A stretch of 64,000 bases of DNA from an uncultured Candidatus Saccharibacteria bacterium (GTDB lineage: Bacteria; Patescibacteriota; Minisyncoccia; Phycocordibacterales; UBA918). Where the stretch lies: contig CAYGKO010000001.1 in NCBI GenBank assembly GCA_964350735.1, positions 310,578 through 374,577 on the forward strand, written 5' to 3'. Made by a program: the position numbers and the translations under genes. How positions within the stretch are numbered: the first letter of the stretch is position 1; each line of letters begins with the position of its first letter. Under the pieces are notes generated by a model. The model was not told the origin of the DNA, did no database searches, and worked only from the letters and a program-made list of their open reading frames with translations. Positions 18,947-29,725 of the stretch are shown here, piece by piece.

Positions 18947-19480
18947 ATGAAACTAGCACTTATTATTATAGGCCTATCAATCCTCCTTCTCGTCGGTGGT
19001 TCATGGTGGTCTACTAGCTCACAACAAAAAGCCTACGAACAAGAAATTGTCGGTATCACTTCAACTATCGTGACCGACCGTAGTCATGTGCAAACTGAGG
19101 TTGACTACAAGGACGCTCCACCAGTTGGCGGAAACCATCACCCAGTTTGGTTGAGTTGTAATGGTGATATCTATGATGAACCAGTTGTAGATGAAAATGC
19201 AGTCCATTCACTTGAGCATGGTGCTGTCTGGATTACATACCAGCCCAACTTACCAGTTGCAGATATAGAAACACTGGAGAAAAAAGTCGCTGGCTATTCC
19301 TTTATTAGCCCCTATCCAGAACAAGAGTCTCCGATCATGCTGACCGCTTGGGGTGTACAACTTCCACTTGATTCAGCTGATGATGAACGGGTAGACCAGT
19401 TCCTAGCCAAGTTCCGACAAGGTCCACAAACACCTGAACCAGGAGCTACCTGTAACGCTATTCCTGGTGGCATGCAATAA
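18947..19480 (+). CDS. DUF3105 domain protein
   Basis: PPVGGNHHPVWLSCNGDIY, AVHSLEHGAVWITY, QTPEPGATC. Confidence 0.85.
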   Translation: MKLALIIIGLSILLLVGGSWWSTSSQQKAYEQEIVGITSTIVTDRSHVQTEVDYKDAPPVGGNHHPVWLSCNGDIYDEPVVDENAVHSLEHGAVWITYQPNLPVADIETLEKKVAGYSFISPYPEQESPIMLTAWGVQLPLDSADDERVDQFLAKFRQGPQTPEPGATCNAIPGGMQ

Positions 19481-19482
19481 AT

Positions 19483-20106
19483 ATGAGTTACAAAATCATC
19501 AAAAAACAACTTCTGGCTTTGATGCTAGGAGTTGTGGTAGGAGTCAGTATGTTTCTGTTTGGACTGAACACGAATCTATCGAATAGTCCTAACGAAGCAG
19601 AGATTGGATTTGCTCAAGACATGAGCGTCCATCACCAGCAAGCAATTGAAATGTCATTCCTCGTCAGAGAACGCACTGACAGACAAGACATTCGAGGGTT
19701 TGCTTTTGACATCATTAACACCCAAGCCAATCAGCGTGGCATGATGCTGGGTTGGTTAGACTTATGGGAAAAACCCCTTACTACTACAAAAAAACCGATG
19801 ATGTGGATGGCCGATAGTATGTCTTCAATGAATCACAGTCAGATGAATGATTCGTTCACTTCAGGAGCATACATGCCTGGCATGGCTACCAAAGCTGAAG
19901 TGGATCAGTTAGTGACACTAGAGGACAAAGCGGCTGAAAAGTTGTTTCTAGAACTCATGATTCGTCACCATCAAGGCGGCGTCATGATGGCAGAAGGTGT
20001 TATTGAGCGTAGCGATACTGAAACCGTGACCCGCTTAGCTCAAACCATGGTTAATGGACAGCAAGCTGAAATTGATTATATGAACGAATTGTTAGAACAA
20101 TATTAA
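19483..20106 (+). CDS. DUF305 (CopM-like) metal-binding protein
   Basis: FAQDMSVHHQQAIEMS and FLELMIRHHQGGVMMA. Confidence 0.9.
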   Translation: MSYKIIKKQLLALMLGVVVGVSMFLFGLNTNLSNSPNEAEIGFAQDMSVHHQQAIEMSFLVRERTDRQDIRGFAFDIINTQANQRGMMLGWLDLWEKPLTTTKKPMMWMADSMSSMNHSQMNDSFTSGAYMPGMATKAEVDQLVTLEDKAAEKLFLELMIRHHQGGVMMAEGVIERSDTETVTRLAQTMVNGQQAEIDYMNELLEQY

Positions 20107-20116
20107 TTACAATACT

Positions 20117-20776
20117 ATGAAAGAAGTACAAACAAACGAAGAGCCTATTAAACATAGTGACGGAAAAGACCAGCCTTGGCCACCGCGAGCCCAGCAAAAA
20201 CCACTGCTGATTTACGGCGCATTTGCCATTGTTATAGTTTTGGTGATAGGAGTAACTTTGTATACACAAGGTTTAGTCACTGCCGCTAAAGTAAATGGTC
20301 AGTCTATCAGTCGATTAAGTGTCGTTGGTGAGCTGGAAGAACAGGCTGGTGCGGCAGTGCTCGATTCGATGATTTCAGATATTCTGATTGAACAAGCTGC
20401 AACTGAGGCAGGTGTGACGGTGACTGACGATGATGTCGCAACAGAGATTGCGGCTATCGAATCACAGGTTACTGCTCAAGGAGGAACGCTGGAAGAAGTG
20501 TTAGCACAGCAAGGACTAGACAGAGAAAGTCTCGCGGGGCAAATTCGAACGCAAAAAATGCTCGAGTCACTTTTGTCTTCAGATATCGAAGTGACTGAAG
20601 CCGACATCGACGCTTTTTTGGAAGCTAATGGACCAGTACCCGAAGGTCAAGAAGAGGCGGCACGAGCGCAGGTTGCAGAACAGCTTAGAGGGCAAAAGTT
20701 TAGTACAGCAGCGCAAAGCTACGTTACTGGGTTGCGTACGCAGGCTAACATTCAGTATTTCGTTGATTATGAATAG
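20117..20776 (+). CDS. SurA N-terminal domain / PrsA-like chaperone
   Basis: TM followed by AAKVNGQSIS, LDSMISDILIEQAA, GVTVTDDDV. Confidence 0.8.
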   Translation: MKEVQTNEEPIKHSDGKDQPWPPRAQQKPLLIYGAFAIVIVLVIGVTLYTQGLVTAAKVNGQSISRLSVVGELEEQAGAAVLDSMISDILIEQAATEAGVTVTDDDVATEIAAIESQVTAQGGTLEEVLAQQGLDRESLAGQIRTQKMLESLLSSDIEVTEADIDAFLEANGPVPEGQEEAARAQVAEQLRGQKFSTAAQSYVTGLRTQANIQYFVDYE

Positions 20777-20780
20777 TAGT

Positions 20781-22034
20781 ATGAAATACATAATTTTTAG
20801 CTTCGTTTCTCTTATTCTCGTCGGCGGTGTATTTATAACACTGCACAACTCGGCAGAAACGACTTTCACCTACACTCGTGACAACTCTGAACGTACAACT
20901 GAAGTGAACGTTCAAATAGATGAGCCTTTAGAACAAACCCCTGTTGCTGTTGTTGTACCAACGACGGAAGTGACAGAGATTGAGATTCAACCTGGAGACA
21001 CATTCTCAACCATCATGGAAGAAGTAGCGGTTACCACCGAAGATCAAGATTCCATTCTGACGGCTGTTCAAGATGTGTACGACTTCACTAAACTACAAGC
21101 TGGAAAACTCATACATGTCGTATTTGCTCAAGATGCCCTCGCGTCAGTTGATTACGATCTGAACGATGACAAGAAAATTGTCATCGAAAATGTTGACGGT
21201 CAGTTTATCGCTAAAGAAGAAGCAGTTGAGTATGACGTTACTGAAGTAGTAAGGAGTGCAACAATTGAGTCTTCACTGTTTTATGATGGTGCAAGTGCTG
21301 GGTTGTCGGACAAGACTTTGGTTGAACTAGCTGAAATTTTTCAGTGGGATATAGACTTCAACACTGACATTCAGATTGATGACTCGTTTGTTGTTTTGTA
21401 TGAAGAACGAAAAACAATAGATGGAGTAGAAGCTAGTGCAGGAAAAATCCTTGCGGCTCAGTTCACTAATCAAGGTGAAATGTATGAGGCGTATTACTTT
21501 GAAACATCGAGTAGCACAGGTGGCTACTACGCTGCAAATGGTGAAAGTGTTGAACGTCAGTTCCTAAGCTCACCAATTGGTGTGGGGTATGTTAGTTCTG
21601 GCTTTAGTTATAGTCGACTGAATCCAATTACTAAACGTGTAACTCCGCACCGAGCAATCGACTATGCCGCTCCACACGGTACCCCAATCGTTGCTATTGC
21701 AGATGGAGAGGTGACATTGTCTGGCAGCAGGGGTCCGCTTGGTATTGCGATTGATATCGAGCATGGACAGTATATGAGTCAGTATGCTCACATGTCTCGT
21801 ATTGCCTCTGAAGTGAAGAAAAATCCAGAAGTGAAACAAGGACAAGTCATTGGCTATGTTGGTTCAACTGGTCAATCTACTGGTCCTCATTTGCACTACA
21901 CTCTCTTCAAAGATGGTACTCCTATCAATCCATCTGATGTGGATGTGTCAGTCAGTGAATCGTTGACTGACGTTGAGTTGGACGACTTTCAGACTATCGT
22001 AGAACAATATAGCGTTCAATTGGATGTAGATTAA
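20781..22034 (+). CDS. M23 family peptidoglycan metallopeptidase
   Basis: HRAIDYAAPHGTPI, YAHMS, GYVGSTGQSTGPHLHY; likely start MKYIIF. Confidence 0.92.
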   Translation: MKYIIFSFVSLILVGGVFITLHNSAETTFTYTRDNSERTTEVNVQIDEPLEQTPVAVVVPTTEVTEIEIQPGDTFSTIMEEVAVTTEDQDSILTAVQDVYDFTKLQAGKLIHVVFAQDALASVDYDLNDDKKIVIENVDGQFIAKEEAVEYDVTEVVRSATIESSLFYDGASAGLSDKTLVELAEIFQWDIDFNTDIQIDDSFVVLYEERKTIDGVEASAGKILAAQFTNQGEMYEAYYFETSSSTGGYYAANGESVERQFLSSPIGVGYVSSGFSYSRLNPITKRVTPHRAIDYAAPHGTPIVAIADGEVTLSGSRGPLGIAIDIEHGQYMSQYAHMSRIASEVKKNPEVKQGQVIGYVGSTGQSTGPHLHYTLFKDGTPINPSDVDVSVSESLTDVELDDFQTIVEQYSVQLDVD

Positions 22035-22048
22035 AACAATAATTAAAT

Positions 22049-24004
22049 ATGACTGAAAAACACAATAAAAAAGCATCTGTCTGTGATGATTGTGTGGCAG
22101 GAGAAGGCGCAACATCAGCTACAGGTATTCAAGCTGTTTTCTCTCGTACTGGCGCACTTAAAATGCTTACGCCTATTTCAGGCATGTTGCTTGCAGTTGG
22201 CTTTCTAGGTTCATTTTCGTTACCCCAAGAAGGATGGAGTAATCTTTTTTACACACTATCCCTTCTGACTGGCTCCGTCTTTGTCCTACGAAGCGCCATT
22301 AATGGACTCATAAAACAGAGATTCTTAAATATTAGTTTCTTGGTAGTGATTGCCTCTATAGGGGCAATCTATATTGGTGAGTATGGTGAAGCGGCTGCAG
22401 TAGTTTTCCTCTTCTCATTAGCTGAATGGTTTGAGGGTTTTGGAGTTGAGCGGTCGCGTCGAGCCGTTGCATCACTTTTAGAAAAGTCTCCAAAAGTAGC
22501 AAAACTTCTTGATGGCAGCACTGTACCGGTTGAGGACGTTACTGTAGGTGCCATTGTGGTGGTGCGTCCAGGAGAGATGGTTCCGCTTGATGGGGTCGTG
22601 AAGAAAGGTGAATCAGCGGTAGATGAGGCGGCAATTACTGGAGAATCAATACCGGTTGATAAACTACCTGAGGACACCGTGTTTGCGGGCACACTGAACG
22701 TACAAGGGTACTTAGAAGTTAGGGTTGAAAAAGAAAGTGAAGACTCTACGTTTTCCCGTATCATCGCCCTGATCGAAGAAGCGCAGGCATCGCGTGCACC
22801 AACCCAAGCCTTTATTGATAGATTCGCTCGGTACTATACGCCTTTAGTTGTGGTGATTTCAGTTTTGGTGGCAGCTATTCCAACGCTCGTTTTTGGCTTA
22901 CCGTTTGATGACTGGCTCTATCGAGCGATTACTCTTTTGGTGATTGCTTGTCCGTGTGCCTTGGTTATTGCAACCCCAGTAGCAATAGCCTCATCTATTG
23001 GTGGAGCGTCACGCAATGGCATCTTGATAAAAGGTGGAAAGTATCTTGAGAAATTGGCAAAAGTAAAAGCGATTGCGTTTGATAAGACACGTACACTCAC
23101 ATATGGACGACATACAGTTACTGACGTTCTGGTGTTTGGCTCACATACAGAAGAGGAAGTGATCGCTGATGCCGCTGGCATTGAAGCGTTTTCTTCACAT
23201 CCCTTGGCTGAGGCGATTATCGAATACGCCAAAGAGAAGAAAATTACACCGCATAGCATGGACTCCTATCAGAATGTTGCTGGCAAAGGAGGTAAGGCTC
23301 GGTGTTTAGTGTGCAAAGCCAGTAGTCATATTGGCAATGTAAAACTAATGAATGAAAACGGTATTGACACCAAGGTCTTTTTGGCTGATGTGGAGCGACT
23401 CGAAAGAGAAGGTAAAACAGTTGTGTTAGTGGCAGAAGAAAAGGAACTGATTGGTGCCTTGGCTATTTCTGATGCAGTCCGCAGCGAAGCCAAAGACGTG
23501 GTGGTGGAACTAAGGAATACTGGAGTGGAAAGTGTCATGCTCACCGGCGATAATGCACACAGTGCGGCGTACATTGCTGGATTAGTTGGCATTAATGATG
23601 TCCATGCGTCACTCTTGCCTGAAGATAAGGTAGTTAAGGTAAAAGAACTTAAAGCCAAATATGGTCCGACTGCCATGATTGGTGACGGAGTGAACGACGC
23701 GCCGTCTTTGGTCACATCTGACGTCGGGTTTGCCATTGGCGCCGGAGGAACGGATGCTGCAATTGAGTCTTCTGACATAACACTTCTGTCAGGTGATTTG
23801 AGAACCGTACCCCAGTCAATTCGACTGGCAAAAGCAACCATGCGGACTATCCATGTCAACGTGGCTTTGGCACTTGGCATCAAAGTGCTGTTCCTGATTT
23901 TGGTGCCATTTGGACTGACTAATCTTGTGTTTGCCATTGCGGCCGATTCAGGTATGGCGATCGTGGTTATCCTCAATAGTCTGCGATTATTTTCTATTAA
24001 GTAA
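22049..24004 (+). CDS. Heavy-metal P1B-type ATPase (CadA/ZntA-like)
   Basis: TGES, ACPCAL, DKTRTLT phosphorylation motif, SSHPLA, MLTGDN, GDGVNDAP. Confidence 0.93.
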   Translation: MTEKHNKKASVCDDCVAGEGATSATGIQAVFSRTGALKMLTPISGMLLAVGFLGSFSLPQEGWSNLFYTLSLLTGSVFVLRSAINGLIKQRFLNISFLVVIASIGAIYIGEYGEAAAVVFLFSLAEWFEGFGVERSRRAVASLLEKSPKVAKLLDGSTVPVEDVTVGAIVVVRPGEMVPLDGVVKKGESAVDEAAITGESIPVDKLPEDTVFAGTLNVQGYLEVRVEKESEDSTFSRIIALIEEAQASRAPTQAFIDRFARYYTPLVVVISVLVAAIPTLVFGLPFDDWLYRAITLLVIACPCALVIATPVAIASSIGGASRNGILIKGGKYLEKLAKVKAIAFDKTRTLTYGRHTVTDVLVFGSHTEEEVIADAAGIEAFSSHPLAEAIIEYAKEKKITPHSMDSYQNVAGKGGKARCLVCKASSHIGNVKLMNENGIDTKVFLADVERLEREGKTVVLVAEEKELIGALAISDAVRSEAKDVVVELRNTGVESVMLTGDNAHSAAYIAGLVGINDVHASLLPEDKVVKVKELKAKYGPTAMIGDGVNDAPSLVTSDVGFAIGAGGTDAAIESSDITLLSGDLRTVPQSIRLAKATMRTIHVNVALALGIKVLFLILVPFGLTNLVFAIAADSGMAIVVILNSLRLFSIK

Positions 24005-24015
24005 TAAAGTCTGAT

Positions 24016-24306
24016 ATGAAAAAAGAAGAATTTGAACAAACACTACAAAATGAACCCAACGTCCTTATTCTAGATATACGGCAAGCTGAAGAGGTCTGGA
24101 AAGATAGTAGTATTCCCAATACAAAACACATGCCAATGGGTAAAGTATTCACCGAAGCGGTAAAAGACAACTTACCTAAAGACAAACGCATTATTGTATT
24201 TTGTAGAACTGGGGTACGGGCGGGTATTGTTGCTCGCGAACTAAGTAGTCGTGGATATGATATCGAGGGCTTAGAAGGCGGTCTAGAGGCTCTGAAGAGT
24301 GAATAA
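24016..24306 (+). CDS. Rhodanese-like domain protein
   Basis: ILDIRQAEE, IIVFCRTGVRA, LEGGLEA. Confidence 0.88.
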   Translation: MKKEEFEQTLQNEPNVLILDIRQAEEVWKDSSIPNTKHMPMGKVFTEAVKDNLPKDKRIIVFCRTGVRAGIVARELSSRGYDIEGLEGGLEALKSE

Positions 24307-24312
24307 TCAGCT

Positions 24313-24801
24313 ATGTTAGATCTCGTATCAATTTTCTTAGCAACTAAGCTGCATATCGTCGTTATTTTGATAGCGTTGGTAGCTATTGCATTCGCTTCAG
24401 ACTTTCAGCGCTTACGGACACTTGTGCTGGCATCCATTGCTCTGCCGTTAGTATTTTTAACTAGTCGAATTGCTTCACTTTTCTTTGAAAACCCTCGGCC
24501 ATTTCTGGAGCACGATTTTGTACCACTGATAACGCACGCGGCTGACAATGGATTCCCTTCAGATCATGCCTTATTGGTATTTGCGGTTGCTAGTATCGTA
24601 TTCACTTTTAACAAACAGGTTGGAATAAGCTTGTTTGTCTTAGCTGTTTTGGTTGGAGTTGGTCGGGTACTGGTTGGAGTGCATCACGTCATTGATATTG
24701 TGGGAAGTTTTATAATAGCTGCGGTAATTACTTATATGATTGTAGCTATACTACAAATGTTCTTAAATCAAACAAGCCCAAATGATACAAGGATTTTATA
24801 A
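24313..24801 (+). CDS. PAP2 family phosphatase (BcrC-like undecaprenyl-PP phosphatase)
   Basis: PRPF, GFPSDHA, GRVLVGVHH. Confidence 0.88.
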   Translation: MLDLVSIFLATKLHIVVILIALVAIAFASDFQRLRTLVLASIALPLVFLTSRIASLFFENPRPFLEHDFVPLITHAADNGFPSDHALLVFAVASIVFTFNKQVGISLFVLAVLVGVGRVLVGVHHVIDIVGSFIIAAVITYMIVAILQMFLNQTSPNDTRIL

Positions 24802-24833
24802 ACTGCTTACGTTTGGTCAAATAGTTATATATT

Positions 24834-26312
24834 ATGACGTTGAGTAATCATTGGTTAATACAATCTACTTTAGTCGGTTTGTTGCTTGGGGCAGGATTCG
24901 TGATTCCATCGTTATGGTTTCTAAGTATCGTTGGGGTAGCTTGGCTAATTCATCAGATGATCAAAGATGGTGCGCTGGTGACTGTAGGCTTTGTTTGGGT
25001 AGCTTGGTTAGTAAAGTATCTCTTGGCCTTGGGCTGGTTCTGGTCTGTATATCCAATTTATTGGCTAGAGACATCAGTTATTACAGAGGCACTAATTATT
25101 GGTTTTTATTGGGTCACGGCATCTCTGTGGCTGTCTGTTGGAGGTTTAGTATTTTATTTCATTTTAAAAAATCTAAAGCAGTTTCTCTCAAGAAAAATTG
25201 TTTTGGGAATAGCTCCGTTCATCTGGCTTCTGTCAGAACTAATAGGGGCATTATTTTTCTCAATTGCAACGATTGGTCCAGGAGGTACAGTTACAACAAA
25301 ATTTAGTTTCGGCTTTATCGGGTATCATCTAGCTCAGCATGACTTGTTGATTCAATTTGCAGTAGTTGCTGGCGTGTATGGTTTAACACTGCTTTTGCTT
25401 GGGCTTTCAGTGATTTTTATATATGGATGGCAAGCTAATTACAGAAAAACTGTTTACGGAGTATTTTTCGTACTACTTGCTTCAAGTTTTATTGGATTAC
25501 CACAAACAACGACTTTTCAAAAAGAAGATCAGATTAGTATTGTGATGGTTGATACCTGGTACCCAAACAATGGATGGGCGTCTGATGAAGATCTTAAAGA
25601 AAAACGAGATCAAAACAGAGCTGCGCTGGATGTTGCCCTTACCCAGAAGGCTGATTACATTATCTTTCCAGAAGATAGTCAGGTATTTGATCAGACTGTA
25701 CCTAGTAGTACATTGCGGGCAATGCTACAGTTTGTATACGGCAGGTCTAGCTCGGTGATAATTGATAGTAGTAGCGTGCCAGTTGAAGGCGGACTCGCTG
25801 TACAAGCAATGGTATTTGATCCTAATTCAGCTGGACTGGAGCAAACACAGAAACAATATCTTGTACCCCAAGGAGAGTACATACCAACACTATATGCTGG
25901 TTTGATGAGGTTGTTTGGGTTTGGTGAGACGGTTGATTTTTTAGAGATGCGTATGAGATATCGGGTTGGCGATATTACTTCAACTAATAGTAATTCATTG
26001 CTTCCACCAGTATTATTTTGTTTCGAAAGTGTCGCACCAAACAGCGTCCGTTCGCTGTTGCAACAACGATCAGAACCGGTTCCGTTTGTGGCTCATATTG
26101 TCTCGCACAGTTGGTTTAATGAACCTGAGATATTGTGGCAGCAATTAGAATCGATGCTGCGTATACAAGCGATTTGGAATGATACACACATAGCCGTAGC
26201 TGGGAATCACTCTTTGGGATACGTTGTTGACCCCAAAGGCTTTATAATTGAGCCTGATGTCATTGATTCAGCTGACTATTGGCAAGTTGGTGTAGTGACT
26301 ATTCCAAAATAA
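24834..26312 (+). CDS. Apolipoprotein N-acyltransferase (Lnt)-like protein
   Basis: TM region then CN-hydrolase motifs IIFPED, KQYLVPQGEY, LFCFES. Confidence 0.75.
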   Translation: MTLSNHWLIQSTLVGLLLGAGFVIPSLWFLSIVGVAWLIHQMIKDGALVTVGFVWVAWLVKYLLALGWFWSVYPIYWLETSVITEALIIGFYWVTASLWLSVGGLVFYFILKNLKQFLSRKIVLGIAPFIWLLSELIGALFFSIATIGPGGTVTTKFSFGFIGYHLAQHDLLIQFAVVAGVYGLTLLLLGLSVIFIYGWQANYRKTVYGVFFVLLASSFIGLPQTTTFQKEDQISIVMVDTWYPNNGWASDEDLKEKRDQNRAALDVALTQKADYIIFPEDSQVFDQTVPSSTLRAMLQFVYGRSSSVIIDSSSVPVEGGLAVQAMVFDPNSAGLEQTQKQYLVPQGEYIPTLYAGLMRLFGFGETVDFLEMRMRYRVGDITSTNSNSLLPPVLFCFESVAPNSVRSLLQQRSEPVPFVAHIVSHSWFNEPEILWQQLESMLRIQAIWNDTHIAVAGNHSLGYVVDPKGFIIEPDVIDSADYWQVGVVTIPK

Positions 26313-26480
26313 ATGATTATGCGTACTGCATCACAAAAAAAGAAACTTCCAGGTGTGAAATCAGCTTATTTGTGTAATGGAACTTTAAATGGTACAAATA
26401 GTTTATTGCAAGTTTCCTCCGTACTCTTTACCTCAAACACTCTCTCCGAGGTACTTAAAAATTTAATATAAAAATATAAT

Positions 26481-27299
26481 ATGATCGAATGGTTTTTAGC
26501 TTTGGGTCCTGTGACTCAAGCGCTCTTGGCAGGTTGTTTTACCTGGTTTATTACTGCACTTGGTGCTTCAGGAGTAATTTTTTTTAAAGAAATTAACAAA
26601 AAAGTTTTAAACGGAATGCTGGCTTTTGCAGCAGGAGTAATGATTGCGGCCAGTTTCTGGTCGTTACTTTCTCCAGCAATTGAATTATCAGAAGGCGGTG
26701 CGCTACCTAAATGGCTACCTCCATTAATAGGATTCTTACTCGGTGCTGGTACCTTGTGGCTAATGGATAAGGTTATACCGCACCTACATCTCGGTGCTCC
26801 GATGTCTGAAGTTGAAGGAGTGAAAACCTCTTGGCATCGAAGTGTGCTTCTAGTGTCATCAATTACGCTTCATAACATCCCTGAAGGATTAGCGATTGGT
26901 GTTGCATTCGGGGCAGCGGCAGCGGGTATTGAGGGAGCAACTGTTGCAGCCGCTATTGCCTTGGCTGTTGGTATTGGAATTCAGAATTTTCCAGAAGGGG
27001 CAGCCGTTTCAGTTCCATTAAGACGAGAAGGATTCACTCGTTTCAAAGCATTTCTGTACGGTCAGTCATCAGGAATGGTTGAACCAGTTTCAGCAGTGTT
27101 AGGTGCTGCATTAGTTTTGATGTTTGCACCAGTTTTGCCGTATGCTTTATCTTTCGCAGCAGGAGCAATGATGTTTGTAGTTGTAGAAGAGCTGATTCCT
27201 GAATCACAACGTGGTGGTCCAGGTATGGCAGATTTTGCCACAGTCGGAGCGATGATCGGTTTTGCAGTTATGATGTCGTTAGACGTAGCTTTAGGTTAA
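26481..27299 (+). CDS. ZIP family metal transporter (ZupT/GufA-like)
   Basis: [38 protein letters not shown]. Confidence 0.93.
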   Translation: MIEWFLALGPVTQALLAGCFTWFITALGASGVIFFKEINKKVLNGMLAFAAGVMIAASFWSLLSPAIELSEGGALPKWLPPLIGFLLGAGTLWLMDKVIPHLHLGAPMSEVEGVKTSWHRSVLLVSSITLHNIPEGLAIGVAFGAAAAGIEGATVAAAIALAVGIGIQNFPEGAAVSVPLRREGFTRFKAFLYGQSSGMVEPVSAVLGAALVLMFAPVLPYALSFAAGAMMFVVVEELIPESQRGGPGMADFATVGAMIGFAVMMSLDVALG

Positions 27300-27307
27300 A
27301 ATATAAT

Positions 27308-28204
27308 ATGTCAGGACATCATCATCACGGACACCACCACCAAGGTGACAGAAAGGGCAATATTTTGTTTGCTGCTATCTTAAATTTTACTTTTGTCATT
27401 ATTGAAGTAATCGGAGGTATTCTTACCAATAGTGTCGCCATTCTATCCGATGCTTTGCATGACTTCGGAGACAGTATAGCGCTCTTTTCTGCGTACTTCG
27501 CAGAAAAACAAGCTGAACGTTCACCTGATAAGAAGCGTACGTTTGGATATGCTCGCATATCTGTTTTCTCAGCCCTGTTCAGTGCAGTGATTTTAATTGT
27601 TGGTTCAATCTTCATTCTGAGTGAAGCAGTGCAGCGACTATTTAGCCCAGAGCCAGTGCATGCCACAGGAATGATTTTGTTAGCAGTGTTTGGAGTGAGC
27701 GTAAATCTAGTGGCATTTTTCAGATTGAGTAAGGGCTTGAGTGCTAACGAAAAAGTATTGTCGTGGCACTTACTTGAAGACGTAATTGGTTGGGCTGCTG
27801 TACTGGTTGGAGCAATCATCATTTACTTCACCGATTTCTATATCATTGATCCGATATTGACGGTTGGATACACCCTCTTCATTCTTTGGGGTGTTTGGGG
27901 AGGTCTTAAGAATGTTATGAATATCTTAATGCAGGGTACACCAGCGGAAGTTGATATTGAAAAAATAAAACAAGAAATCTTGAATATCGACGAGGTACAG
28001 GCAGTGCACGACATTCATGTTTGGTCGCTTGATGGAGAGCACAATGTTTTAACTTGTCATGTAGTTCTTAAGAACTGTACTGTCGCTGAGACTAAGCGGG
28101 TAAAAGAGAATATCGAAGAACATATGAAAGCATTTCATATCAACCACACGACAATCGAATGTGAAGTTGACGGAGAGTGCGTTGGAAAAGATTGTATTAA
28201 TTAA
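27308..28204 (+). CDS. Cation diffusion facilitator (CzcD/ZitB-like)
   Basis: His-rich N-terminus, LSDALHDFGD, WHLLEDV, VHDIHVWSL. Confidence 0.93.
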   Translation: MSGHHHHGHHHQGDRKGNILFAAILNFTFVIIEVIGGILTNSVAILSDALHDFGDSIALFSAYFAEKQAERSPDKKRTFGYARISVFSALFSAVILIVGSIFILSEAVQRLFSPEPVHATGMILLAVFGVSVNLVAFFRLSKGLSANEKVLSWHLLEDVIGWAAVLVGAIIIYFTDFYIIDPILTVGYTLFILWGVWGGLKNVMNILMQGTPAEVDIEKIKQEILNIDEVQAVHDIHVWSLDGEHNVLTCHVVLKNCTVAETKRVKENIEEHMKAFHINHTTIECEVDGECVGKDCIN

Positions 28205-28653
28205 TCTAATTCTTTAATCAACTCTCTCATCTCAGCAATCTCACGTTCTTGTGCGGCGATAATTTCGTCAGCTAAGGCGCGGACTCTTGGGTCTTCGAGC
28301 TGTGCACGTTCACTAGTAAGAATGGCAATGGAATGATGTGGAATCATCGCTTCAAGATAATCGACGTCGTCTACTAGCACTTGACTCCTAACTAGAAAGA
28401 GAGATAAGGCAAATAGAGCAACGCTACCACCAACGATATAACGATTCGTGGCTTTGTCGTTATACATATGTCGCATGAACCACAACATGACCAGTGCCAT
28501 GGCGGATGTCATTATCAAGTTCATATAAAGTCGCGTCTCACTAAAAAAGACATGGTCAAAAGCGTATGTATGTAAGTACATGAGGATATACATAAGTACC
28601 GATGATGTTGCAATCATGGCAAAGAATGTTTGGTATGAAGTTTTGTTTTGCAT
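28201..28653 (-). CDS. DUF305 domain membrane protein
   Basis: TMs then YLEAMIPHHSIAILTSERA..QEREIAEM. Confidence 0.88.
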   Translation of the reverse strand: MQNKTSYQTFFAMIATSSVLMYILMYLHTYAFDHVFFSETRLYMNLIMTSAMALVMLWFMRHMYNDKATNRYIVGGSVALFALSLFLVRSQVLVDDVDYLEAMIPHHSIAILTSERAQLEDPRVRALADEIIAAQEREIAEMRELIKELD

Positions 28654-28670
28654 ATTTAACTATTTACACT

Positions 28671-28689
28671 GACACCCCCCTAGGGTATC
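28671..28689. promoter_or_regulatory. Probable CsoR/RcnR operator
   Basis: GACACCCCCCTAGGGTATC pseudo-palindrome with C/G tracts between the divergent DUF305 and CsoR-family genes. Confidence 0.7.
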
Positions 28690-28700
28690 ATACTCAAACT

Positions 28701-28970
28701 ATGAAATCAGCTGTATCAAACAAAATCATCCGCCAACTTAGTGTCATTGAAGGTCAAGTTAGAGGTCTTAAGAAGATGGTTGAAGACGACAAGTACTGCA
28801 TTGATGTCATTACCCAAGCGTCAGCCATCCGTAATTCTCTTAGTTCAGTCGAAGAGAAAATGCTTGAAAACCACCTTAATACCTGTGCTGTTACTCAAAT
28901 GAAAGGCAAAAAACAAGATCAGGCAGTGAGTGAGATTTTGAAGGTTTATAAACTAGCAAAGCGAAAATAA
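28701..28970 (+). CDS. csoR: Metal-sensitive repressor, CsoR/RcnR family
   Basis: IEGQVRGLKKMVEDDKYCIDV..LENHLNTC (C-H-C ligand pattern); start MKSAVS. Confidence 0.85.
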   Translation: MKSAVSNKIIRQLSVIEGQVRGLKKMVEDDKYCIDVITQASAIRNSLSSVEEKMLENHLNTCAVTQMKGKKQDQAVSEILKVYKLAKRK

Positions 28971-28971
28971 T

Positions 28972-29718
28972 ATGGTTGATACAAAACAAGCAGTAGTGTA
29001 TCGAATGGTAATGCCGGGCCACACCTGTCCTTATGGTGTTAAGTCGCTATACCTACTAAGTAAGCATGGCTATGAGACAGAAGATAATCATCTAACTACT
29101 CGCGAAGAAACTGACGCTTTTAAAGCGAAGCACAGCGTAGAAACCACCCCACAAACATTTGTTAATGGTGAACGTATAGGTGGATATACCGAGTTACGCA
29201 AGCATTTTGGCTACTCTGTTTTAGAACCAGGAGACACCACCTATAAACCAGTGGTTGCTATCTTTTCTGTTGCGGCATTACTAGCTGTGGCGGTCGGCTT
29301 TCTTACTGGCTGGCAGTATGGCTATCTCATGACAATTCCTCACTTCATATCAATTGCTATGGTGCTGTTGGCACTCATGAAACTACGAGATGTGGAAGGA
29401 TTTTCTACAATGTTCCTTAACTATGACGTGCTGGCTAAGCGTTGGGTGTCGTATGGCTATATCTACCCCTACGCAGAACTCACGGCTGGCTTACTTATGT
29501 TTGCTGGCATACTATCGGCCGTTTCAATCCCGCTAGCATTGTTTATTGGTGGTATCGGCGCTTGGTCTGTATTCAAAGCTGTATATATAGAAAAACGTGA
29601 ACTTAAATGTGCGTGTGTTGGTGGCGACACAAACGTACCGCTTGGGTTTGTATCACTAACGGAAAACTTGATGATGATTGGAATGGCAGTGTGGATGCTA
29701 ACGATGTTACTTTTTTAG
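28972..29718 (+). CDS. Glutaredoxin-like plus MauE/DoxX membrane protein
   Basis: HTCPYG, TTPQTFVNGERIGGY, LKCACVGG..LTENLMM. Confidence 0.88.
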   Translation: MVDTKQAVVYRMVMPGHTCPYGVKSLYLLSKHGYETEDNHLTTREETDAFKAKHSVETTPQTFVNGERIGGYTELRKHFGYSVLEPGDTTYKPVVAIFSVAALLAVAVGFLTGWQYGYLMTIPHFISIAMVLLALMKLRDVEGFSTMFLNYDVLAKRWVSYGYIYPYAELTAGLLMFAGILSAVSIPLALFIGGIGAWSVFKAVYIEKRELKCACVGGDTNVPLGFVSLTENLMMIGMAVWMLTMLLF

Positions 29719-29725
29719 ATTAAAC

